64,000 bases of DNA from Psilocybe cubensis (lineage: Eukaryota). Below, piece after piece: positions 12,301 through 22,981 of this stretch. The notes below the pieces were generated by a model, which was not told the DNA's origin, ran no database searches, and was given only the letters and a program-made list of their open reading frames with translations. The DNA is taken from positions 2,542,001 to 2,606,000 of the forward strand of contig CM039005.1 in NCBI GenBank assembly GCA_017499595.2, in the 5' to 3' direction. A program made the position numbers and the translations under genes. Each line of letters starts with the position of its first letter. The stretch's first letter is position 1.

Positions 12301-14038
12301 ACAGGAAATTTCCTCCGATGACGTCAATGACGACGATGACACATTCTTTGCCGGCCTTGCAAACACCAGACCAGATTTCGCGCTGAACAACACCTCGACG
12401 CCTGCAACGACGAAGGAAGCATTCTCAGGCCCTGACAAGGCAAAGTGGGAGGCGGCATTGGAAGATGAACTTCGCAGTCTGAGAGATAATGATGTGTACG
12501 ACGTTGTGCCAATCCCAACACACACAAAGCCAATCACCTCAAAGATTGTTATGCGAATAAAACTTGACAGCAACGGAAACGTTGAACGGCATAAAATTCG
12601 CATTGTCGCCAGAGGTTACTCTCAAAAGGAAGGAATCGACTACAAAGAGGTTTTTGCTCCCGTAGCAAACCTTGAGTCAATCCGGGTCATTGTCGCCCTT
12701 GCAGCCAAATATGATCTAGAGTTGGATCAAATGGACGTGTCAACCGCATACCTCAATGGAGAATTAGTTGAAGAGTTATACCTCATGCCGCCTCCTGAGG
12801 TTGAGATACCATCAGGACATTGCTGGCGACTTAAACGATCACTTTACGGACTAAAGCAGGCAGGACGAACCTGGAACCACACGCTCGACAAGAAGCTCAA
12901 GTCAATGAATTTTGTTCGCCTCAATGCCGAGACATGTCTTTACATATACCGTGAACCAAACGGCGAGGTCTGCTTCCTAGTGGTATATGTCGATGATTTT
13001 ATTCTAGCAGCGACCTCTCGACCATTTATGAATAAAGTCAAGACCATGCTCTCCGGCGCCTTCAAAATGAAAGACTTAGGCCCTGCTTCGTACATACTTG
13101 GCATACAGCTAATACGTGATCGTAAGAATTGAACGATTTCCCTTTCTCAATCTCAATACTGCAAAACAGTTGTTGACCGATGTGGAATGAAAGATTCAAA
13201 ACCCATGTGGACCCCAATGGCACCCGGCGTCCACCTTATGGCTGAAGACCCGACTCCAGACGCCGACAACTCAATCAGATTTGAGATGGAAATTAATGGG
13301 AAGACAGTGTCGTACGCCAGCGCCATAGGATCCCTTGGATACGCAGTTGCAGGCACGCGCCCAGATCTCGCATACACCGTGGGTGTGTTGGGTCGCTTCA
13401 GCTCATGTCCCAAGCTTCACCACTGGAAAGCCGTCAAACGAGCTCTCCGATATCTAAACACTACGTCAGATATGGTATTACGCTACGATGGACGTGATAT
13501 CGGCTTAGACATGGATTTCAAGCTTCACAATGACTTCACGTTTGAAGGATTCAGTGATGCAGACTGGTCAGGCGACTCCGACACATCAAAATCCACTTTG
13601 GGCTTCTGTTTCATCACAGCACAGGGAGCAATTGGATGGGCCAGCAAGCTCCAGTCAATGGTTGCCCTCTCTTCTACAGAATCTGAATATATAGGTTTGT
13701 GCAATGCCGCACAACACCTAGTCTGGCTACGTACCTTTTTCGAAGATATTGACAAGAAACAAAAGGATCCAACAAAGCTTCACTGCAACAATCAGTCAGT
13801 GATCATTCTATCTAAGGACGCACAATTCCGTGCGCGAACAAAGCACATCCAAAGAAAGTATCATTTCATACGTGATGATGTTGTTGCCAGAGGACAAGCC
13901 TCCATTATCTATATCCCTACAGAAGACATGGTTGCCGACATTCTCACAAAATCTCTATCACGCGACAAACATTGGAAGTTTATGAAGGCTCTAGGTCTCC
14001 GCCTGAACACGAGTGGGAGTGTTAAAGATGTTAAGTAG
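9378..14038 (+). pseudogene. Copia-1 gag-pol polyprotein with one frameshift (about 9750) and three in-frame TGA stops
   Basis: ORFs 9824-10861, 10871-12247, 12284-13132 and 13187-14038 are all in one frame; ORF 9378-9833 joins it by a frameshift. Confidence 0.93.
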
Positions 14039-14310
14039 CTTTCGCCATTCTTATGGCGTATCATTAGCTATTACGTGTTCTCATTCTGCGCCCTGTTATC
14101 TTTTAAATCTTTCCATCTTCGCACCTCAGTCCGTTATATATACGCAAACGGCTGAGGTACGTTCATCTTGTTTGTTCTATGTTATTTACAATGTTTTCTG
14201 ATACCTATGTAGACGCATACTTGCGTGTATTATAGGTACTGTTAAATTCTAGTCCGTTATATATACGCAAACGGCTGAGACGCATACTTGCGTGTATTAT
14301 AGATTTATCA
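14020..14310 (+). repeat. Copia-1 3' LTR
   Basis: Copy of 8927-9217, preceded by the PPT and followed by TSD ATAGC. Confidence 0.97.
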
Positions 14311-15199
14311 ATAGCCCCCAGACACCTGTATTGACCTTGCGTCTCATATGGGTGAGCATTTCAGATGTCGCAGCTTTGCCAAACTGTTGCTGATGCCAAT
14401 CTTGAAAAGTGTCTGTGAGCTATGACCCAAACATTAATATGAATAGTACATGCCAGTCAATACAAACTTACTTTAGGGATATACGCAATATGGTGTGCAG
14501 CGAATTCTTTAGGTTTTCTTCTGGTGTATTTTGACTGGTTGAAGATATACATAAGGATCGGCCATATAGAAGCATCGCCAAAACTGGTCAGGTGGATAGA
14601 GTCTGAAAAGATCCTGATACCAACGACAAAGGGCTCCAGGTGTCTGTGGAGACCTGTGCATGGCTCTGACTTGATCTTTTCATACTCTTCATTGAAAATG
14701 TCCGCCATGTAGGACTCTGAGAATAAGTGTTTGGGTGGTTTGTTGGGTGAGGGACGCCAAAATTCTCTGTACGGTATGGTCGTATACGTCTCAGAGGTGC
14801 ATTCTGCAAAGGCCTGTTTGATAACTTCTAGAGGTTTTTAATACATGACGTTTTCAACAACAAATTGAGGAGCCTTTTCTTCCAACTCGAATATGAAACT
14901 GTCGCATGGCACTGGTATTGAAAAGCTGCCCTTGATCCACCCAGCTTCCGGTTGACACACTTCTGACAAAGTAGGATCTGTAGAATTTTTTTGGGTGGAG
15001 ATTTTGTCCAGACGCGCTGCCTCTTGAGCAGTAGAAAAGGAGGAATCAAAGTTCTTGGGGTCAAAATCCGGGTCCAGTACGACTTGGTGAATCAATTTGT
15101 CAGTATCAGCGTAGGATTTAGTACCGTGGCTGTTGTAAAACCAAGACATGATAAGTTGAGTAGAACAATTTTTAAAAACTGATAGGAAAATGCTCATGT

Positions 15200-18100
15200 A
15201 TATGGCTACTCAAGTGGGGAAATATTCCCTATAAATATATTTTCCTTATTTTTGAAAAGTGCATCAAGAATGAAACAAAATTTGTTGGCAAAAATATTTG
15301 TTTGGTGCATGGATTGCTTTTTGGCCTATCTTGATGTTGCCATGAACACAATTGGCTGTGCAAAAACATATTTCAAGCATAATTTGCAAGTGCTAGTGCA
15401 TTATTTCTTCCCCAAAATATATTTAATGTGTAAATTACATGCACATAAGTATATTTTGTCTACTGAACAAACCTTTTACAGTGGGCAAAAAAACCGTTTG
15501 AGTATTGGTCACGTATGAAAAGATTAATTTATAACTTTGAAATTAAAAATGTTAAAAATATGAGATTATTCACAGATATACTATATGGTGTTAGCTAAAG
15601 GATGACACACTGATCATGTGATTTATCCAAGAATTGACCAAACAGCAGCATACACAATTTGCTAAGTCATTCGAACAGTTTTTTTGCTAGTAATTTAAAT
15701 GCTATAAACTATGTATTATCACATGACTTTGTTGATATACCAAACAACTATCAATAAAATCATGTGACTACATGTTGAATAGGTATATAATAGCTACAAC
15801 CAATCTCTTTATCCCCCCAATCAAGCATGAAACCCCTCTTTAAAGCAACCATTGCTACTATTGTCTCTCTTCTTACTTCTGGTCACTTTTATGCCTCTAT
15901 CAAGGCCCAGACTGGAGCTAGTGCTGGTTCTATCACCAAGATTTGCCAAGACTACTGTCCTGAGGCAGTGGTTTCCCATGGAGGACGCCCAAAGAAGCTG
16001 ACTAGTGCCAATATCACCTATACCAAGTGTGGAATTCGAACTGAACAAATCAAGAATGCTGTGCAAGCTGCCAAGTCTCTGGCTACTATTAATGGCCAGA
16101 ATATCAGTCCTCAAACAGTTAGGAATGCACTCAAATCAACTGGCATGGTCTCAGTGGCAAAACAAAAGAAGCCTTTGTTATCAAAAAAGCATAAGAGGGC
16201 TAGATTGGAGTTTGCAGAAAGGCACTTGGAGTGGACTGTGGATGAGTGGATGACTGGGCAAGGGTCTGGTGGTCAGATGAAACCAAAATCAACAGATTGG
16301 GTTCAGATGGCAGAGATCAGGTGTGGATAGACAAGGAAAACAGACAGGACCCCAGGAGGATCAAGTAAACTGTGAAGTTTGGAGGAGGAAACTTAATGAT
16401 GTGGGGTTGTATGGGATGGGAAGGAATTAGATTTCCTACTAGAATTGATGGGAAGATGGATGCTCAGTTATACACTGAGATCCTAGGTGATGAGCTCCTA
16501 AAATTCTTGGAGTGGTATGATCAATAGGTAGAAGATATCCACTTTCAGCAAGACAATGACCCCAAGCACACCTCAAAATTGGCCAAGAAATGGTTTGAAG
16601 AGCAGAATTTTAGGGTTCTCATATGGCCTGCACAATCTCCAGATCTCAACCCCATTGAACATCTATGGGAATACCTCAAAAGAAGACTTAATGAACATGA
16701 AGTCCCACCAAAGGGTATCCATGAACTTTGGAAGAGGGTTGAGAATGAATGGAATGGAATACCCAAGGAAGTGGTGCAGAATTTGATTGCTAGCATGCCT
16801 AGAAGGTGTGCAGCAGTGATTAAGGCCAAGGGTGGACATACAAAGTACTAGTAGATATGATTTATTGATACTCAAGTGTTTAGCAAAAAAACTGTTCAAA
16901 TGACTTAGCAAATTGTGTATGCTGCTGTTTGGTCAATTCTTGGACAAATCACATGATCAGTGTGTCATCCTTTAGCTAACACCATATAGTATATCCGTAA
17001 ATAATCTCATATTTTTAACATTTTTAATTTCAAAATTATAAATTAATCTTTTTATACGTGACCAACACTCAAACGGTTTTTTTGCCCACTGTATCTTTGG
17101 ATGCAAAAACAATAATCTTTCAAAACATATGTCAGTTACAAATATTAGTACCAATATACAAATACCTTTGATATATCTTCATACTTTGTTCCATCTGTGA
17201 ACTCTCCTGCTGATTTCATAAGTGTTTTGAAGTGATTAAGCCCACTCCAATGCGGAATTTCGTCTACTCTAAAATTATCAAAATAAGCGCCCAAGCATAC
17301 TAGTGATAATTATAGAGTACAATTATACCTTTTGTCAACGAGTGCTGCAGTTTTTTTACCTAGATTGTTTACAATCTTCTGGTACTCCTCCCATAAGTGA
17401 TCAGAAAATACACCTCTATGGTTGTTGTGTAAGCGGTCAAATAATAGAGCTTCATAAATGTCAGTGTTCTGGATTTGTTGGAAGACATTCTGTGAAAAAT
17501 TTTGGCATTAATCAACGAGTTTATTGTCCAGTATAATGTCAATACATACCTCTACGTTGCGCAAACCATACATCTGCAGAAGCTTATCTGCATCTGTTTT
17601 GTTTAATTCCTAAGCTTCATCAAATATGTTTCCCATTTCTTTAGCTGATCGTAAGGGATATATTGTTGTAAGATCAGTGAGATTTTGATGTGGCACAAGA
17701 CATCTAGGGCAAGGAAAATTACTGTTTGTACCACGAATTAACGCCATAACACATCTAAAAGCTTGTGGTCAATAGATTTATAGTTTGGCTATCAAATAAG
17801 TGACGTACTGCTCCTCATAATCAGCCGATAAAATTAGTATCACAGGGTATATCCATTGTTGAAAGTCCTTTTGAGAGAAATAGAACCCAGTTTTTGCATG
17901 ATCTACTAGACTTTGGATGATTTCATAGAAGGATTTGTGCCAAACAACCCATTTAAAGTTGACAAATCCTTTTTTACCTGTTTCCCCTGCATTTTCCTCA
18001 ATCTGTATATGATATAGTTTTCTTTAGATTTGTAAAGGCTTAAAAAAAGAAATATATTAATCACTTACAATCGGTAATAAGCCTACAACTCTACCACCAC

Positions 18101-18981
18101 CTACACCTTCACCATTTCGCAGATTTATAGGGAGATTTCCACATCGAGCCATGACTGGATATCCCTTTTGTGTTCCAAATGAGGATAACCATGTTTTATC
18201 AGCATACAAAATTATGCACAGTAGTCCTGCACTATCGGGTAGCTTTGACTATTAACAAAGGTAATAGAAGTTATAGTATTTTTCTTTTTAAAGCATGTAT
18301 ACTACTTACCTGTGCTTTCCACCATGCATTTCCAGTCCACGGCTCATCAATAAATCGCTTCCACCTTTGGGCGCTAGCATCAAATTTGTAATGCCGCTCC
18401 GCATCCCATTTGAATTTAGGTGCAAGAGTTGGATTTTCTAATAAGCTTAAGCACCAGTCCCAAATTGGACAAAAAGCGAGATCAAAGCTGTTCTCTTCAC
18501 CTTTGTATGGAACTGTAATAGTCCAAGTAGAAAACTAGACAACATTGTCTGATTAATATAATAATCTCTCAAGTAAAAAATAATTTAAACATACTCCTTG
18601 AGCCTTAAGCACTTGTGCATGTTCCCAACAGGCTTCAAGATCCTTTCTATCCTTGATTGTAAAAGTGCCCGGGTCTTTTATACATTGGTGAATAATTGAT
18701 AAGAGTGTGGAAGATTGGGATGAATTTAAATGCGAGTCATGCATGAACTCTGCAAGCTCAAAGTCAAGGCGAGTATGGAATGGAAGCCATGGTTTCCTAT
18801 CCACATTCTTAGGCTTAGTCTCTGGGAGTGTTGATTTGTAGTCCTCAAAATGGAAGATCTCTTCAACCCGTTTGGATTTCGGATGGTATTCAATCTTTAT
18901 ATCATCAGCGACGGCTTGTATTAGTATGTTTTCATCCTCACCCCCACCGTCATGATGATCTGAGCTTATATTCTGATCTGA
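15200..18981 (-). mobile_element. Second, divergent Plavaka-type transposase relic, interrupted by Tc1 copy 1 and truncated at its 5' end by Tc1 copy 2
   Basis: [18 protein letters not shown] (about 18740-18800), RFIDEPWTGNAWWKAQ (about 18310-18360), YADKTWLSSFGTQKGYPVMARCGNLP (about 18130-18210), SADYEEQ and NFPCPRCLVP (about 17690-17830). The left boundary is approximate. Confidence 0.8.
15479..17091 (+). mobile_element. Tc1/mariner (DD34E) DNA transposon, full length (1,613 bp), transposase disrupted
   Basis: TA TSD at 15477-78 and 17092-93. TIRs of about 211 bp start with CAGTGGGCAAAAAAACCG. Motifs WSDETK and FQQDNDPKH...SPDLNPIE with 34 residues between D and E. Lesions: 8-bp duplication gtggatga near 16240, stops near 16366 and 16525. 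Confidence 0.97.
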
Positions 18982-20235
18982 AACCCTCTCCCAAAGTTCA
19001 TGGATACCCTTTGGTGGGACTTCATGTTTATTAAGTCTTCTTTTGAGGTATTCCCATAGATGTTCAATGGGGTTGAGATCTGGAGATTGTGCAGGCCATA
19101 TGAGGACCCTAAAATTCTGCTCTTCAAACCATTTCTTAGCCAATTTTGAGGTGTGCTTGGGGTCATTGTCTTGCTGAAAGTGGATATCTTCTACCTGTTG
19201 ACTATACTACTCCAAGGATTTTAGGAGCTCATCACCTAGGATCTCAGTATATAACTGAGCATCCATCTTTCCATCAATTCTAGTGGCAAATCCAATTCCT
19301 TTCCATCCTATACAACCCCATATCATCAAGTTTCCTCCTCCAAACTTCACAGTTTGCTTGATCCTCCTGGGGTCCTGTCTGTTTTCCTTGTCTATCCACA
19401 CCTGATTTCTGCCATCTGAACCCAATCTGTTGATTTTGGTCTTATCTGACCACCAGACCCTTGCCCAGTCATCCACAGTCCACTCCAAATGCCTTTCTGC
19501 AAACTCCAATCTAGCCCTCCTATGCTTTTTTGATAACAAAGGCTTCTTTTGTTTTGCCACTGAGACCATGCCAATTGATTTGAGTGCATTCCTAACTGTT
19601 TGAGGACTGATATTCTGGCCCATTAATAGTAGCCAGAGACTTGGCAGCTTGCATAGCATTCTTGATTTGTCCAGTTCGAATTCCACACTTGGTATAGGTG
19701 ATATTGGCACCAGTCAGCTTCTTTGAGTGTCTTCCATGGGAAACCACTGCCTCAGGATAGTAGTCTTGGCGAATCTTGGTGATAAAACCAGCACTAGCTC
19801 CAGTCTGGGCCTTGATAGAGGCATAGGAGTGACCAGAAGTAAGAAGGGAGACAATAGTAGCAATGGTTGCTTTAGAGAGGGGTTTCATGCTTGATTGGGG
19901 GGATAAAGAGGTTGGTTGTAGCTATTATATACCTATTCAACATGTAGTCACATGATTTTATTGATAGTTGTTTGGTATATCAACAAAGTCATGTGATAAT
20001 ACATAGTTATAGCATTTAAATTACTAGCAAAAAAACTGTTCGAATGACTTAGCAAATTGTGTATGCTGCTGTTTGGTCAATTCTTGGACAAATCACATGA
20101 TCAGTGTTTCATCCTTTAGCTAACACCATATAGTATACCTGTGAATAATCTCATATTTTTAACATTTTTAATTTCAAAGTTATAAATTAATCTTTTCATA
20201 CGTGACCAACACTCGAACGGTTTTTTTGCCCACTG
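18982..20235 (-). mobile_element. Second copy of the same Tc1 family, inverted and 3'-truncated
   Basis: One TIR ending gcccactg|TA at 20235. Transposase fragments 19592-19888, 19207-19710 and 18982-19143 are nearly identical to copy 1. Homology stops at 18982. Confidence 0.95.
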
Positions 20236-20339
20236 TACTTAAATGAGTCTATCATGGTTGAGAAGAGCCTTTGACTCTACACAATGAAATCAACCTCATG
20301 GAACGGGTTATCAACCACAGTGAATAAAGAAAGCTACCC

Positions 20340-22560
20340 AATATACAAGCCATCCTTTTTGGTAACTTAGTTTCTCTTTTAGGAGTGGCGGGTGCCAGGT
20401 GACATGTCAAAGATTGAGGGAGGCTGGAAACAAACAAGAACATACCATGGGAGAGTATAAGAATTGGACGGACAGGGAGGAGACCCCCATCATCTCTTGA
20501 CTTTCTTCCACTGTCATCCCACTACATTTCAGAAGACCTACTGCATATATCTTTGACGACAATGTCAACTCTTATCCTTGTGTTAGCTTCAATCCACCAA
20601 GGTAAGTTAAAGACAGCCCACCTTTATCAAACTTTCTAATAACATTGTTTGGTAGCACTTTCATCATCCCGCCTTGAGCTATCTTCACTGTTATTGGCCT
20701 GACATCTCCTCACATGCGTAAGTCCATCTCGCCTAGGTTAAAACGCCTCTCACAATGCCTCACAGCAATTTCATCAACCCGCCTTGGACCAACCAATGTC
20801 TGTCCCATCTCCCTGAAACACACTAACCAATCCCACATAATGCAGGCTCACCCACACACAACGGTCAAGAAGCCCAGCACAGAAGTATACCACTCCATTC
20901 AGGTTGCGTATCTTCAGTCCGCTGGTGTCAGGCTGGAGTGTGCAATTGTCTTATGACATGCGGGGCAGCTGAAATTGACCCTACCTGCTCGATGTGTGGC
21001 ACCCCCCCGCCGCCACCCCCTTTTGATTGGGGGTCGTGGAAACCAGAGTGTGAGGTACGGAGTGCTGGTTGGTTTGCCCACCCCCCTAAGCAGTAGCGGT
21101 AGACTTGCAGGACATCGTCGCTTTTACCGTGAATTGCAGGGGTGGAGATTGATAAAAGCTTGCTTTGGACCTTGTGTGTTGGGTGGGCTTAGGCGAGTGG
21201 TGGTTGGCATGAGGTCAGTTTGTCTCATCTGTTGTTTGATATAGTTGACTTATTTTTTGTAGCCTTGGACAACAAGCACCATGATGCCGCAAATACTATG
21301 ATTGCAATACTTTAACATGTTTTGTTCCTTGAAATTGACCTAATACACTTGCTTATTAGTTTATGTGATAGTATCAAAATCTGGTTGGGAAATGAATGGG
21401 CAGTACTCTGGAAAGGGCACCTTCAGTGAGTTTCGTACATTCCTTAATGTTCCAACATCTGATATGCAATGTTTTTAGCATTCCTCGAGATATTCAAGAT
21501 CATCTTTGCTCTGCCTTGTATTGGAAAGATCATGACTTGTAAGTTAATTGGCCTTTATCGTGACCGCCTAATTTCTTTTTAGCAGTGCTTGCAGTTAAAC
21601 TTTACCTAGGCCTCCTGCAATACATGCACACTGGCAGCAAATCAACGACAGTTATTCAGTCATAACTTAATAATTGAGCCATTGGGAGTCAAGTTGGATC
21701 TTGGGGCATCTGTATTCCTTTCAGCTGTAAGTCCGCCCATTGGGTATCCTCACTTTAAAGCCTTATTGACTAATTACTGTTCCTTAAGCTTTTTTCTTAT
21801 TTTCTGTTTTTGTTTTCGCGTTCAATTTCATTCTTCTCTTTTAGTTTTGCTCTCAAAGTAGTTCCTATGTTATGCGTAAGGTCTTTGTGTCAAAAGATCT
21901 CATCTCTGGTGAGTAAAATCTGTCAGGACTCGTACTTCTATCCCACATCACTAAACTGCTGTCTTTGTCATCACAAAAACAATAAAGGCTTGAGGAGTCA
22001 TTTTATTTGTCACAAGAATTTCCGAATGCCTCCAACCGGGAATCTTCAAGTCCTCTCAAACATAAACATCAAAGCACACTATCTCCTCCAATACCACACC
22101 CCCACCTTTGTAGAGCACCCGAATCTCAAGAGATCTGATGCGGTGGACCTCATTGTTCTATGTAAGTTTTCCCTTTAATTCCATCATGATGTGAAAATAT
22201 ACTAACTTTGTTAGATTCTATGTTGATTTCTTTTTCTTTCTAGGTAGATAGTCACAACCGTCCGTGATCCAAAAACACAATCACAACGTATACTGGCCAC
22301 AATTGAAGTTGCCACTCACCACACTCGTCGGACTTTCTCTTATACATTTGTCTTGCCATTCTATTCTTCCAAAGGACCTTTTTTTAATACTATCACCTGT
22401 TATTGTTTAGAACGTGTTGTTGTAATGCCTAGTATAATACCTAGTCGGGCTTCTAATGCCACGCATACTTGAATCGGAATGGCCACAGTGACTACTGAGC
22501 AAAGTTCTAAAATTATTCATGGTTTGTAGTGGTGTTGCGTCGAATTGCGCAACCTCAAGG
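20340..22560 (+). ncRNA. Putative spliced long non-coding unit, copy A, with a structured core at about 20843-21213
   Basis: Diverged direct repeat of 36000-38760. Several GT..AG intron-like segments sit at matching positions in both copies, and no ORF is shared. The core is much better conserved than its flanks and is self-complementary. Confidence 0.45.
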
Positions 22561-22981
22561 CCTCAAGGTTCACACGCATGAACGTACCTTGCTGCCGACA
22601 CGCAACATGGCTATGCCCTTGTTGTACAATGAATAAACAATGTCTGTCAAAAATGCCTCAAAGTTATAACATTTTGACCTCGAGTCTGTATAAAACAGGA
22701 TTCTTTGGACTGGAACTGCGGTATTGATCATGAATGGGTACACTACTCCAGTGTGTCAGCACTGCATGGGAAATGAATAACAGCCTCAATAAATCACTTT
22801 GCATCCAACAAGTGTGTCAACCACTCAGTCAATTCAGGTAATTAGTGGAAGACTACAACCTCATGTACACATAAGACAGTTTATTTTTAACGTACATTAC
22901 CTAAGATTTAATATCTAGGAGATTGCGTGAAACACGGTCTATTTTTGCTTACTAGCAATCTAGGAGATTGACGTGATGTAC

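Larger units (their letters stand above)
8927..14310 (+). mobile_element. Ty1/Copia LTR retrotransposon (Copia-1), structurally complete, coding region inactivated
   Basis: 291-bp LTRs TG...CA at 8927-9217 and 14020-14310 (3 transitions seen). TSD ATAGC at 8922-8926 and 14311-14315. PBS ggttatgggcccc at 9218, PPT gagtgggag at 14011-14019. Domain order gag, PR (LDSGAS), IN (HRRMGH, HSDVGG, SDGGGEY, NGLAER), RT (YVDD), RH (SDADW). Confidence 0.98.
6338..15200 (-). mobile_element. Plavaka-type transposase pseudogene, split by the Copia-1 insertion at 8927-14310
   Basis: Motifs FSDSIHLTSFGDASIWPILMYIFNQSKYTRRKP...HHIAYIP (14457-14708), VDFMHEVELGVWKALF (8128-8424) and TYKLHSLPDYVNSIRQFGTTNGISTQMGKSEHKRAK (7398-7757). 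The reading ...THMRRKVNTGVWGLLLDEDVKRAYAEG is restored when Copia-1 and one TSD are removed. The locus has introns and frameshifts; boundaries are approximate. Confidence 0.85.

Noticed and set aside
20843-21213. Assignment of the structured core to RNase P/MRP, SRP RNA, a hammerhead ribozyme or telomerase RNA
   Set aside because: I could not find convincing CR-I/CR-V, SRP helix 8, CUGANGA...GAAA or a 1.5-repeat template by eye, so it is left unassigned.
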